From Rhina ancylostomus (Eukaryota): DNA of 64,000 nt. Location of the stretch: assembly GCA_030265395.1 (NCBI GenBank), contig JARFYF010000104.1, positions 79,498,013-79,562,012 on the forward strand, in the 5' to 3' direction. The notes under the pieces are model-generated. The model worked only from the letters and a program-made list of their open reading frames with translations. It ran no database searches and had not been told where the DNA came from. Position numbers and translations under genes: made by a program. Positions 13,301-26,645 of the stretch are shown in pieces; position 1 is the first letter of the stretch, and every line of letters begins with the position of its first letter.

Positions 13301-16029
13301 TGGGAGTACCTTTAGCACTAATTTTCTTCCCTCTTTTGATCTGTAGGCCTGTTCTTTGGGTCCAGCTAGTGGGGTTTCTTCCTGCTGCAAAATGCAGGGT
13401 TTTCCCTGTCTGTATAATACCTTGAAATGCATTGCATATTTTCCTACCCTAATTTCTTTCTTCAGACCTTAAACTCTTTACCATACCAGATCCTTTCTTG
13501 GTGTTTGCAACCATCAGTTTTTTTTTTAAGAACCAATTCTGGTGTCATTTAATCATTACTTCATGTTTTTTCTTGCGAGCTCATCTTAGCAACAGAATGA
13601 AGCTCTGTTGCACTGACTGTTCTGGTGTTGTGTGCCACTTTGGTTTGAATTTCCCATGCAGTGCTTGAAGGTATTCTCATGTGATCTGTGCAAAGCAAGA
13701 CATGCTAGTGAATTAATAGTACATGTCTCCTTTGTGTATGTCACATGATTCCAGGGTAGACATCTCGTGTTGTCAATCAACCTTCAACAGGTGTTGTCCA
13801 ATAAGTCAGCTTTAATGTTGATTAATATCAAGAGATGCTTACACTGAATACTTTCAAGTCAGCATGAGTGACATTTGTACTGTCACCCACCTGAATATAG
13901 TGGTGGCACAAGTCACATTACAATGCACTCACATACTGCCCAGGAAATTCAAGCAAGCAGGCACCACAGCACTGAAACGACAAGTCCTACAGACCTTAAT
14001 TCTGCAACCTAAAAAAGATGGCAGCAGAAGTCATGATGTAATGATTAAATGATACCAGGACTGAGTCTTAAATAATGGAAAGTTGCAAACAACAAGGAAG
14101 CAGTAATGTGGTAAAGTGTTTGATGTCTGAAGAAAGAATGTTACATAGGGAACATGTAGACTGCATCTTTATTTCAACTCGGTAAACATCTAAGAAAGTA
14201 CAAAATCATCTAGTACAATGCAGCATAGGAACAGATTTTAAAAATTCTTATTGTAGTGAGTCAACACTCCCTTTGTTTTAGTTTTAATGTCCTATTTAAA
14301 GGGATACCACAAACTGTAAGAGCTACTGCAATTGAGAGCTCACACGTTGCCTTGTTTAATTGTATAATCGCTTGTTTCCTCATACACTCTTTTCTCCTAT
14401 GTTTAAACTAAACCCTGCATTCACCTATTGGAGGAATTATGGCCGTGAAAATAGTTTGGTTAGATACTTTTTCATGAACAATTGACAAAGTAATTTAACC
14501 CAGAGCAGATCACATGATCACTTCCAGGTAAAGTAGCAGCCATCAGGAAATCAGATTGGGCACCTCAAGAGCCGAGCATGCACCTAATGATGCCACTATT
14601 CACACAACACCTATTGTGCCCTTGCCAACCTGAAGTGAAGCTGAAAGATGACCTTCATTCAATAATCACAAAAGAAGCAGATTGTGTTGGAATACCCAAT
14701 GAGATGTAAATTAAATGGCCTCCATTCTGACATTGATGTATTGAACAAACCGTGTGCTATACTTGTCAGAATATTTTCTCATTCATGTTTCCTTGCTCCC
14801 TCATTGAAGTGCACAAAAGGCTAAAAACAATGCAATCTCTGCCTTTGTGACTATCCCTCCACCTCACTGTGGTCTGGGGGTCACACAAGGCATGGTACTC
14901 CATCTGGGCATTGGATCACAAGGGGGCTGTCCACAAACACCGATGACCACCATGAACCCTTTTCCCTTCGATTTTCTTCAACTCCATGGTAGACTTCTAT
15001 GCAGTTTGTCTGACTGCTTTGGGGTGGGTCCTTGAAGGTTAGCAAGCCTTCCCTGATCATAGCTCAAACACAAAGCAATTGCCATGTATCTCGGCTGCTA
15101 TGGCTGGGAAACATGCAAGTCCCATTTTGGTGCATTTTTCAAGGTGTAAACAACCCTAGGGCTGCTTCAAGCATGGATTTGCCCAATCTCATGATTGTTA
15201 TGAAGGGGAAATAATTACGTAAATGGTTTATAGCACCAAAAAGCTGAAAACCAATGCCAAGGCATTTGCTTTTCCATGCCTGTCTTTGTGCTCAACCACA
15301 CCCTTCAGTCTCTCCCCCTTAACTTTGTACTCTGTTTTATCCATCCAAAATGTGTCTTAGTCTCTGAATTAAGTTACATCCACTGCCAATATGCTTGTAT
15401 TACTTATTGATCTATATTTTTGCTTTGTTTTTTTGTGCTATTTACCTATTTAAATATTCTTGGGTACAAATGTGGGCATGCATTCAATACTTGATCCTAC
15501 TACTTCTATAATATGAGCAACATATACTGTTTCTTGCCTTTATTATACATGGAACCCCAGTGGCATTTTAATTGACTCCTAAAACTAGGGGAAGTTGTCA
15601 GAAAGCAATCAAGGGCACTTAAAATATAAAGCTTTCCTGACTGAGGCCACTGCTTTCCAGGTTCTGATAGAGTCATGGAGTCATAACAGATCCTTCAGCC
15701 CATCAAATACCATTCAGGTTGTCTCCTCACCAAAACTATGAGACCTTGCTTCAACAACCTCTTGCCAATCCATCCAACCTTTATCTTCTTATCTATCCCT
15801 TCTCGTTCAAAGCAGGTTGGACAACAGCATTTAAACATAGCCGAGTAGTTAATATCCAGTTGAACTCCAGATGCCAAGACTTACTACGAGAATTAAAATT
15901 AATCCTTAAAACTTTCTCAGAAATGACTGTAAATTAGTTTACATTTACTAAGAGAGTGTCCATCTCTCTCTTCTTGACTTCAAATATTATATCAGCAACC
16001 TTCCAGTAAGAAACAAAAAATACAGGTTA

Positions 16030-16930
16030 CATAAGAAACAAGAGACTGCTCCACCATTCAGTCAGATCATGGCTGATTCAATTTTGGTCCCAACATTACC
16101 CTTGACTCCCTATAGTTCAAAGGGTTGTCAGTCTCTCCCTTGAATATATTCAAAGTTCATGCCTCCCTAGCTCTCTGGAGTAATGAAATCATAAGAGTCA
16201 TAAACCTGAGAGAAGAAATGTCTCCTCATCTCCAGGTTAAGTAAGCAATCCATATTCTGAAACCACATCCCCTAGTTCTAAATAACCCCATGAGGAGAAA
16301 ACTCCTCAGCATCAATCCTGCCAATCGTCCTCAGGATAGAATCATAAAGTCATAAAGCAATACAGCATGGAAACAGGCTTTTCAACCCATCAAGTACACA
16401 CCAACCATCAACAAGCCATTTACACTAATCCTGCATAAATCCTGTTTTATATTCTTCTCACCTTCTCAACAACTCCAAGACTTTACCACGCACACTAGGG
16501 GCAATTTACCATGGCCAATTAACCAACCAACTAGCACATGTCCCCTAGAAACTAGAACATCCAGAAGAAAGCCTTCAGGTCACAGCAAGAACATATAAAC
16601 TTCACCCAGACTGCACCCGAGGTCAGGAATGAACCTGGGTCTCTGGTGCTATGAGCCAGCAGTTCTGTTAGCTATGCCACTGTTACCCTGAAATCATGTA
16701 TGTTTCAATCAGATCATTCTTCTAAACTCCAGTGAGTATATCCCCAACCTGCTTAACCTCTCTTCTTACACCATTCACTTCTTCCCAGGAATCAACCTCA
16801 GGAATCTTTTCACCACTGCCACATATGCAACTATATCATTCCTTAATTGTGGAGATCAAAACACTATTCAGTACTCCAGTGGTGGCATCACCAGCTCCCT
16901 GTAAATTTGCATATAAAGTTCCCTACATTT
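16030..16930 (-). mobile_element. CR1-type LINE fragment with a nested SINE
   Basis: ccattcagtcagatcatggctgat tail, ccctgagagaagaaat-like and cccctagttcta (TRG motif) segments. Split by the SINE at 16337-16688. Confidence 0.7.
16337..16688 (-). mobile_element. V-SINE with HE1/CR1-like long tail (type C)
   Basis: Tail atagaatcataaagtcataaagcaatacagcatggaaacaggc, then actaggggcaatttaccatggccaattaacc, a decayed V-domain, and head cccgaggtcaggaatgaacctgggtctctggtgct. Confidence 0.8.
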
Positions 16931-17569
16931 ATACTCCATATCCCCTGCAATAGAGGCCAACATGTGCTTTTAGGACTGAACAATTATAAGCAAAATATCT
17001 GCTGTTTTCTTTCAGAGTTCCACTTATTTTGTCACTAATCACCTTTAAAACCATTAATCTGATAAATCCCACTCTATACTGATACTTGAGTATGGTTGTG
17101 AGAAAGAGTGGCATTGTCAGAAATTGTGTATTGAATAAGATGATGGTCAGGATGTTGCAGCTGAAATTGTTACAAGAGAAGTCTTTGGGGCATGGACATA
17201 CATAATTCAGTGTAAAAAATGTTGCTGTCTATGGTTTCCTAGTTTTCTACAGTCTGCATTATTTTGCAATTTTGTTCCATGAAAGCTTCAGAACATAAGT
17301 TAACTATGAGCTACTCTCAAATACCTACAAAAGCATTAGGCCAGTAACCTGACTGCTTATTTCTTGGTCTGAGGATGTGAATCATTCCCCTCAACAAGTT
17401 GAGGAAGAACTACTTCCTCAAGCAACATGACCAAAAGCACAAAAATCAATTTCTTTTTCTTGCTTGTGAGATCTGACTGAGTGTAAGTTGGTTGATGTGT
17501 TTGCCCAGAGGCAACTGATCACTGTTTTTTTTAAAAGAAATGTAATTGTCTCTTGGAAGCAGGATAAAG

Positions 17570-17570
17570 G

Positions 17571-17621
<51 letters not shown>

Positions 17622-17622
17622 T
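17570..17622. repeat. Compound microsatellite (TC)n(AT)n(AC)n
   Basis: Directly visible in the sequence. Confidence 0.95.
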
Positions 17623-18007
17623 GTATAAATGAACAAAAGGACCAGCAGTTAGTATATACCATCATTTTGCACCAAAGTAAGATAAGCCACTGTGTACCAA
17701 GAACAATAGGGACTCTAAGTAGCTATTCAATTAGCTCTTTGATAAGGAATTTTCTCATAGATCACATTATTAGTTGTAAGAAACAAAAGAAGAAAGTGTA
17801 AAGATTAGGCATCATACTCTGAATTAGCCTCAGACAGACAGATAGGTGCTGTTACCTCAACATGTGAGAGTGCACTAAATCAAATGATTTTTACAAGTCT
17901 CAATATAAACTATCAAAGGCAAGTGGACAGTGGGAATTTGCATTTAATTTGCCTCAAATTGGCACTAAAACCAGGCCATTGGCCTGGAGGTGAGTTCTGC
18001 AGAGGAT

Positions 18008-18128
18008 TTAAGATATCTTTACTAGTCACATGTACATCAAAACATGGACTGAAATACATCTTTTTTGTGTAGAGTGTTCTGGGGGCAGCTTACAAGTGTC
18101 ACCACGCTTCCAGTGCCAACATAGCATG
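18008..18128 (-). mobile_element. 5'-truncated V-SINE type B (tail only)
   Basis: aagatatctttactagtcacatgtacatcaaaac...caagtgtcaccacgcttccagtgccaacatagcatg matches 8672-8795. Confidence 0.8.
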
Positions 18129-18464
18129 GGGAGTAAACTTCATTTCTCCTAAAAAAGGGATTTCCATTGTGGATTATCAGATTGGCGGATTGGAGACCCT
18201 ACTAATAGGCAGCTTGCATAAGCAGGCAATAGGAGGAAGAGAGATTATGGTGGAGATGAGATCAAGAAGTTGTAGGTGGGGTGGGTTCAGATGGTGGTGA
18301 GTCTACCAGCCTCGGTGAAGGGAGTGTGATAGAGGGAATAGATAACAGTTGGGGAGTCAGACAGCCATTGAAGGACCAAATAGAAGTTGGAGTCTGAAGA
18401 AACATTTTGGCTTCGCCAGGCCAACAAGCAACATATTAATTCACCTTCTGTCCTCATCCCTTTT

Positions 18465-20635
18465 AGAAAATGGAACATAGAACAGTGCAGGCCATTCGGC
18501 CCACAATGTTGGGCCGATATGATGCTAATTTATACCAAATGTCCTCCTCCTGTATATCATCTATATCCCTCCATTCCCTTCATATTCAAGAGAAACAAAG
18601 GACTGCAGATGCTGGAATCTAGATGTAAAACACTAATGATTCTGGAGGGGCTCAGCAGGCCAGGCAGCATCTTCATATTCATGTGTCTATCTAAAAGCCT
18701 CTTAAAGCTCCACCAAACTGCCTACTTCCACTACTACCCCCGGTAACCCATTCCAGGCACCTACCACTCTCTGTACAAAAACTTACCCCTCACATCACCT
18801 TTAAACTTCTCCTCTAACCTTAAAAGCATGTCCTCTGGTGCTTGACATTTCTACCCTAGGGAAATGATTCTGACTGTTGACCCTATCTATGGCTCTTATA
18901 ACTTTAAAAACCTCCGTCAGGTCTCCCCTCAGCCTCTGACACTCCAGGGAGAACAATCCAAGTTTGTCCAATCTTTCCTTAGAGTTCATACCTTCTAATC
19001 CAGGCAGCATCCTGGTAAACCTCTTGTACACCCTTTCCTCAGTCTCCACATCTTTCCTATAATGGGGTGACCAGAAATGCACACAATACTCCAGANNNNN
19101 NNNNNNNNNNNNNNNNNNNNNNNNNNNNNNNNNNNNNNNNNNNNNNNNNNNNNNNNNNNNNNNNNNNNNNNNNNNNNNNNNNNNNNNNNNNNNNNNNNNN
19201 NNNNNNNNNNNNNNNNNNNNNNNNNNNNNNNNNNNNNNNNNNNNNNNNNNNNNNNNNNNNNNNNNNNNNNNNNNNNNNNNNNNNNNNNNNNNNNGCTATT
19301 AAGGGGCCTACCATTAACTGTATACTTTCTCCTTTCATTTGACCTCCCAGTGTGCAATACCTCACACTTGCCTGGATTAAACTGCATTTGCCACTTCTCT
19401 GCCCATATCCGTAACTGATCTATATTCTTTGATAGTCCTTTACATTGTACACAGTTCCAACAATCTTGGTGTCATCTGCAAACTGGCTAATCTACCCATC
19501 TACATTCTCATCCAAATCTTTGACATATCACAAATAACAGTGGTCCCAGCACCAATCCTTGTAGAACACCACCAGTCATGGATCTCCAACCAGAATAACA
19601 GCCTTCCACCCCTGCTCTGTCTTCTATGGGTGGGCCAGTTCCAAATCCAAACTTGCAATTCACCCAGGATCCCATACCTGTCTCCTGAATCAACTTACCC
19701 TGATGGACCCTGTCAAGTACCTAACTAATGTCCATGTAGGTAACATCCACTGCCTTAGCAAGCACCTTTGTCACAGCCTCAAAAAAAATGCAATCAAGTT
19801 TGTAAGGCATGACCCACCCTGCACAATGCCATGCTGACTGTTCTTAAGCAGGCCACGCTTTTCCAAATGCAATAAATCCTATCCTTCAGTAGCCTCTCTA
19901 ATAACGTCTCTACCACTGAAGTGAGGATCACTCATCTATTATCTGGATTATCCTAATTTCCCTTCTTGAACAAAGGCATAAAATTCCAGGAACTCACATA
20001 TTGCTAGTGAGGACACAACGATCCTTGTCAAAGCCCCAGCAATCTCTCCACTTGCTTCGTTCAATATTCTGGGATGTATGCCATCAGGCTCTGGGGACTT
20101 ATCCACCTTAATGCTTTACAGAAGACTCAGCACCACCTCCTCCTTAATATCAAAGTGACCCAGCATATTAGCCTGCCCCACTCTGCTTTCACTATCCTTC
20201 AAATCCTTCTCAGTAAATACTGACACAAGGTACTCATCTAGTACCTCGGCCACTTGCTCTGACTCCAAGCAAAAATTCCCTCCCTTATCCTTGAGTGGTC
20301 CTACCCTCCCTTTAGTTATGCTCTTTTCTTAAGATAAGTATAAAATGCCTTGGAATTCTCCTTGATCCTGCTCACCAAGGACATTTCATGACCCCTTTTG
20401 ACCTTCCTAATTGTTTGTAGAATATAAAGAAAGCAGGAAAGTGGTCAAGCAAAGGCCTCATCTGATTTGAGCTTCCTAAATCTTATGTATGCTTCTTTTT
20501 TTCTTCCTGACTAAATTTAGGACCTCTCAGGTCATCCAAGGTTCCCTGATACCATCTTTGTCCTTACTTCTTAGTGGAAAATGCCAATCCTGAATTCTGA
20601 TCAGCTGGTGTTTCAGCAACTCCCTTGTGTCAGAC
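18465..20635 (-). mobile_element. CR1-type LINE, ~2.1 kb 3' portion of ORF2
   Basis: Minus-strand peptides FWSPHYRKDV...RFTRMLPGLEG...ERLDKLGLFSLE..RLRGDL...TRGH, MQFNPGKCEVLH, and GVLQGLVLGPLLF (RT motif), with frameshifts. Confidence 0.92.
18589..18670 (+). mobile_element. Short Penelope-like/MITE-like repeat inserted in the CR1 tail
   Basis: gactgcagatgctggaatct...ctcagcaggccaggcagcat flanked by the 11-bp direct repeat cttcatattca (18578-18588 and 18671-18681). Confidence 0.75.
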
Positions 20636-20929
20636 ATTATCTCTTACTTTCAGTTACTGATTTGCCCAAGGATTTGGGACACCTGGTCAAGGATGACAGT
20701 CAATGTAAGTATAACAACTAAATAAACAACCTGCTACCTGTCAATAGAGTGGCCATCCTGACACCATGAAGCTGAGCGTGGATGAATTCAATCCCAACTT
20801 TTTGGAGTTAAAATTCAACAATGCTTGTCAATCTCACAGAGGGACTCCTTTAAGAATGAAATTGGTAAAAAAATAGAATAAAATGGACCAACACACTCCT
20901 GCATTAATAGCACGTTGACAGTTATTAAG

Positions 20930-21230
20930 ATATTAGACTAGTAGCCAGAGATCTGGACCAGCGATCTGGAGACATGAATTCAAATTGCACACTGGCAGCT
21001 AGGGAACTGAAATTCAAGATTTAAATAAATCTGGAATAAAATTAGTAATGATGACCAAATCACCACTGGCTTCTTTTAAAACACAGATCTGGTTCACTAA
21101 TGGCCTCAAGGGAAGGAAATATGCCTGGCCTTTATGTGACTCCAGCCCAACCAAAAGGGTTGATTCTTATCCGTCTCCTCAGTGGATTGGCAATTAGGTC
21201 AATAAACATTAACCTTGCTTGCAGAGTCTG
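20930..21230 (+). mobile_element. Dispersed SINE-like repeat
   Basis: B-box-like gaattcaaatt, then aaataaatctggaataaaa...ctggttcactaatg..ggaaggaaat...gtgactccag. Related copy at 8975-9270. Confidence 0.6.
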
Positions 21231-22140
21231 TGTTCTTTGAAGAAGGAAAAAATATACTTTGGAGGACTGTTTCTCTTAGCCCATTTTAAGATTGTACCAC
21301 TGTAAACTTTGCTGTAGAATTTTGTCTGTTAGTTACTTTAGTGAAAGCCTTAAACTCGCCTTCTAAACTGTTTTTACAATATTGCCCGAATGTTTCCCAT
21401 TGCTGATGCAAAGTAAAGAAACTTATAGCTTTACCACAAGTGATAATAAAATAACAAGCTGCCAGTTGGTAATTAAAAAAATTGGAAAAGTATTTTGTTA
21501 TACAAACATTGCAAACACTTTAATTAGTGGAACAATATCAAATTGTACAAACTTAAAAGCAGAACATAAAAGAATTGCTCTGAACAACAATCAGAGCACA
21601 GGTTCAATTTACCAGTTAGAAAATTTACTTGCAGCATGAAAAGAATATTCAGTCCATAATACACACTTCTTTCATAGACCATATACTGTCTATTATGCAT
21701 TATATATAGAAACTACATCAGTATCTATAAACAGTTCACTAATTCAGAAGTTACTGTGCAATGAAAGGGCAGGTGGGAAATAAGTAAACTAATATACCTC
21801 AGGAAATGTTGAAAATTAAAAGACTGCACTGAGATTTGCAAAGAAGTTTCAAGATGACATAATTGAAATATTTGTGATTATGTAAATAGGTGAAAAATTC
21901 ATCATGGACAAAGCTTCATGTAATCTGTCTACTTTGCAAGAAAAAAATCTATTCAAACTTTTGAAACTATGTGTATTATATCCTCTAGTTCATCAATCAC
22001 ATTCAGGGTTAGACTGTTGATATCTATATCATCCAAGTAATTTAAAAAGCTATACTATATAATATTTATGGTATATAATTGAACTTTAAAATATAGAAGC
22101 AAAACTACAACTGGAAAATAATACTTATTGTTGATAACCA

Positions 22141-22384
22141 GGGTGGCACAGTAGCCTAGCTGTTAGCATGATGCTGTTACAGTGCCAGCGATCAGGGTTC
22201 AATTCCTGTTGCTGTCTGTAAGGAGTTTGTACCTTCTCCCATGTCTGCGTGGGTTTCCTCCAGGTGCTCCGGTTTCCTCCCACATTCTAAAGACGTACGG
22301 GTAGGTTAATATGGGGTTTAAAATGGGCGGCCCGGACTCATTGGGCCAAAAGGGCCTGTTACCATGCTGTAAATTAAAAAAAAA
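22141..22384 (+). mobile_element. V-SINE, tail type A
   Basis: gggtggcacagtagcctagctgttagc (A box), gggttcaattcc (B box), V-domain gtgggtttcctccaggtgctccggtttcctcccaca, tail gggcctgttaccatgctgtaaa followed by an A-run. Confidence 0.92.
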
Positions 22385-23811
22385 GTTGGGTTTTCTAGTG
22401 ATATTGCATGAGGACAGAAGTTAACATTGCAGTAAGTTGAAGTGGGAATGTTTAACAAATGACAGAACAGTAAAAGAGTTCCTCAGAAGCCTGCAAAAAT
22501 TAATCCCCTCCTCAGCTCCTCACCAACTTTTTACTTACATTTGTGTGAAGCACTAGGGGGAGCTGTTAAACTTTTTTAGGGTGTAAAAGTGGAGCTGATG
22601 CAAAAGTGGCATAAATCCCAAAAAACCTCTGTGCTGGCTATTTGCTCCGGCCCACTATATGTGTTGGGTTTGGGTCAGGTCGGGTCAGGTATATATTCTG
22701 TGTCACAGGTTGTAGGTTGGACCAGGCCTGCTCTGTACTTTATAGATAAAACCCTAGCTCCTCCCCTTGCATGGTTGAATAATCTATCTTCCCACCTCAG
22801 ATAATTTCATGATATGTAAGTGTATTCAAAGGAAATGAAAGAATAAACAATGCCTTTCTTTCAACTGTTTGAATGAGATTATTATACTTACAGTGAAACT
22901 GTGGTCTGGTACAAAAACAATTATAATTCCTTGTGCTCAGGTGGGGTTCTGGTTTACTGTGGTTCAGGAAGGTTTTAATTTTATCCCCAAGCAGCCAATA
23001 CTCTGAAGAGCAGCTAATCAGTTGAGGGGTTTGAAGAATGTAAGAAGTATTGAAAAGATTGAGGAAACTTGATTTTAGTGCATTGTGATGAAAGTGTTCT
23101 GAAGAGTTAAGATGTAAACTTTCTTATTCTTTTCAACTGAATAAGAGCAGAACAACAGTGTAAGTGGTAGAGACTCTGGCAAACTCAGGGCAATTTAGGT
23201 AGATTTTGGGACAAGGTTGGGAGAAATTTTGAAAGGAGAAGTACTGCATACTTCCAAATGGGAGCTGGCGAAGGGGTGTAAAGTGAATAGTGCAATGTCT
23301 GTGGATAAGGTGGAAACTAATCCGTGGATTGTCTTTCCAGTTGCCCCAAGTAACAATGAAAAATGTCCTTGTACCAGTTCGCCCACTGATGTCTCACAGT
23401 CAAATCTTTTCTTGCACAACCTTATAATTTAATGGGGTGTTGGTTGTCCACTCAGTCCAATGCATGATCCATTTCCTCCTGCTTTCTCTAGGATATTCAT
23501 CAGAAGTCTTGGTGCAAGATTATGTAGCATGTGGATCATGTCAACTTAGGACAAGCTGGGATAACTTCTCCAAATTAATGAGGGACTGTTTAAGAATATA
23601 AATTGCGAATGTTACTGAAATTGTCACAACATCATGAACCTCATTGTATTGATTCTCTGCTTGGATCCAACCAACTATTGGCACGGAGGCCATAATGATA
23701 TCTGAGAAATCATTCAAGAACTTACTGTTTGGGTTTAAACAGTGGTGGCATCACCAGATACACAAAATAATGAAGCCTGGCAGATCTCTGGATAGTGTAA
23801 GGCATACAACC

Positions 23812-24345
23812 AGTTGGTAAATTGGTTTATTATTGTCCATTGTTCTGAGATACAGTGGATAAACTTTGTTTTGCACGTCATCCATACAGATCATTTCATC
23901 GCATCAGTATATCAAGGTAGTACAAGGGAAAAGCAATAACAGAATGCAGTATATAGTGTTACAGTTTCAGAGAAAGCACTATGCAGGCAGACAATAAGAT
24001 GCAAAGCCATGACAAGGTAGATTGTGAAGTTAAGAGTCCATCTTATCATACAAGAAGTCTGTTCAATAGTCTTATAACAGCAGGATAGAAGCTGTCCTTG
24101 AGCCTTGTGGTACATGCTTTCAGGCTTCTGTATCTACTGCCTGAAGGAAAGAGGGAGAAGAGAGAAGGTTCAGGGTGGGAGGGGTCTTTCATTATGATGG
24201 CTGCTTTACCAAGGCAGTGAGAAGTACAAACAACATCCATGGAAGGGAGGCTGGTTTCTGTGATGTGCTGAGCTGTGCCACAACTCTCCGCAGTTCCTTG
24301 CAGTCTCAGGCAGAGCAGTTGCCATACCAAGCCATGATGCTCATT
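23812..24345 (-). mobile_element. Rex1/Babar-type LINE 3' end
   Basis: KDPSHPEPSLFSLFPSGSRYRSLKACTTRLKDSFYPAVIRLLN is the Rex1-type ORF C-terminus. The 3' UTR ends caataataaaccaatttacca. Confidence 0.85.
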
Positions 24346-24349
24346 CATC

Positions 24350-24590
24350 AGAGCAAAACCTATTCCTGCTGACACAGTTGCTCTCCAGAACTTGCTGTGC
24401 TTCTAGCCTAAATGTTTGTAGCGCATCTTCAATGGAGGCTTCTGTTCAACAATGTAGAAAATTGCCCACGTATGTTCTGAACACAAAAGTATGATAAATC
24501 CAGTCTGACTAGTGACCACCCCTTCAGTCCATTCATAATTGTCAGCTAAGGTGTTGTCAACAGTGCTATCAAATGGCACTTATATCAAGA
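24350..24590 (+). mobile_element. Non-LTR LINE RT fragment (family uncertain)
   Basis: Decayed PELA.LLA..F / KIAHVC..HK / NYRPIS-like region typical of the RT N-terminus. Confidence 0.5.
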
Positions 24591-24732
24591 TATAGGTAGG
24601 TTAAGTGAATGGGCAAGGGTCTGGCAGATGGANNNNNNNNNNNNNNNNNNNNNNNNNNNNNNNNNNNNNNNNNNNNNNNNNNNNNNNNNNNNNNNNNNNN
24701 NNNNNNNNNNNNNNNNNNNNNNNNNNNNNNNN

Positions 24733-25293
24733 CTCAGTGCAGCAACTCTGCACCAATCAACCTCCTCCCTCTGAGCCCTGGATTCCTGTGCCTGAACTCT
24801 TCAATAGATCTCCAACCCTATGCTCCAACTTCCTGTCCCAGTGTGCCTTGCACTTTGGGCTCCAGCTGCCACTGTATTCTATGGACCAGGCCAAGGTCAC
24901 TTGACTGGGCAAGCTCTGACCCAAGCCATCGCTAGCTCGGACAATAAGGCTGCCATTTGCAACAAATATGAGGACTTCACCGCTGAGATGCACTGGGTTT
25001 TTGACCATCTGGGAAATGGAAGGGGAGCAGTGGATCTGTTGCTTCGCCTGCATCAAGGCTCGTCCTCCGTGCTGGATTACACCGTGGAATTTGGGACCCT
25101 CGTGGTGGAGTATGGCTGGAATGTGGAGGCGCTTCTGGGCCATTACTATCACAGCTTCTCGGAGTGCTTGAAAGATGAACTTTCCACCTGGGAGATGCCC
25201 ACTGACTTTGAAAGCCTCATCACTCTGACTCTCCATATTAACAAGTGTCTAATGGAACCACCCTCCAGGTCATCACCAATGCCTCCCACTTAA
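24733..25293 (+). mobile_element. Ty3/Gypsy (sushi/chromovirus-like) gag fragment
   Basis: YEDFTAEMHWVFDH...LLRLHQGSSSVLDYTVEFGTL...GWNVEALLGHYYHSFSECLKDEL contains the Retrotrans_gag QGxxSVxDYxxEF motif. Frameshifted 5' part. Confidence 0.85.
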
Positions 25294-26391
25294 GAGATAT
25301 ATATGTTTGGGAGTAATGGATGCTGGTAAGGTTGGATGATACTAAGCCTATTTAAAAGATTCTGCTGGAACTTCATGAGCAGAAGTATGATCTCTCTTGT
25401 GCATGAAGAACATGCCTTTACAATATTGGAACTTACGAAGGCAAGAGATAGTCCTTGTGAACATGAACAAGTCTATTTACTACTTGTATGGTATAAAACA
25501 AGTCAAGTGCATGGCAACCTCTTCAGAAATTCACAGGCACTTTGGATGCCTGGAATCTCAAAGCCTCGCCCTCTCCCCAGTAACACATCTGACCAAGCCT
25601 TCCATCTTATCTTAAGGTCTCAGTTGCTGAAGTTGATGTTTGGAAATGGGAGCCGAATCAGGCTTGAGCAAGGCCAATTGAGTGCAATATTGATGTTTCA
25701 AAAACAGTGACAGGGGTCCTTTCAGTAATCATGTGTATTTTTTCTAGTATACAAAAAGAATTGAGCCACTTTTGGTAACAATCTCATTTTATCCAAAGAG
25801 ATTTGTCAAGCCCTCTGAGCTACCCAATTAGCTGCAGGATGTTATGATGGGCTCAGAATATGGCAGACCCCATTTTGTTTCAAGAAGAGCTCAAATCTGT
25901 GTGCAAGAAATTGAGGACAGCTGTCCAACAAATCTCTCTGGTAATTATTAATATGAAAGGAGATGCTTCAGAAGATTTACAGTCCCACCAGTTCCAGTCA
26001 GTTGTATGAGAAGTACTTCCGGCCATTTTGAGAGGGTAATGATCACAGCCACTCAGCATGGTCCATGTGAATGTCATCCCATGATGTAGTGGCCTGGCAC
26101 TATGGATACCTAGGTGCAGGAAGAGGTACAGCCCCAAAGGGCACACACTGACTCTCAATCTTGTATATCTTGATCTATTTCTGGCCACAAGAGGTAATCC
26201 TGGGTCACAGACCTCATGTGTGAAATACCAGGATAATATTCATGTGGATCATCCACTAATTGCTTCTTGAAGTTTGAATGTTAAGGTTCTGGAACCCCAC
26301 AGAGTGCAGTCTGGATCTGGTGACCATGCTTGGGAAGATGGTCAGGTTTGTGAAGGTTAAATCCACTTTTGAAAGAACAGGATCCTGTTTT

Positions 26392-26645
26392 GTCACAGTG
26401 TAGCGATTAGCATAATGCTATTCCAGTGCCAGAGACCCAGGGTCAATTCTGGCTACTGTCTGTAAAGAGTTTGTATGTTCTCCCCGTGACTGCTTGGGTT
26501 TCCTCCCACGTTCCTAAGACGTAGGGGTTAGGAAGTTGTGGGCATGCTGTGTTGGTGCCAGAAGTGAGGCAACACTTGGCTGCCCTCAGAACAGTCTATG
26601 CAAAAGGTGCATTTCACTGTGTGTTTTGATGTAAATGTGAAGAAA
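26392..26645 (+). mobile_element. V-SINE type B inserted in the Gypsy element
   Basis: Head cacagtgtagcgattagc..ccagagacccagggtcaattc, shortened V-domain, tail gcatttcactgtgtgttttgatgtaaatgtga. Confidence 0.8.

Noticed and set aside
22141-22215. tRNA gene
   Set aside because: A and B boxes are present but continue into a V-domain and LINE-like tail, so it is a SINE head rather than a tRNA.
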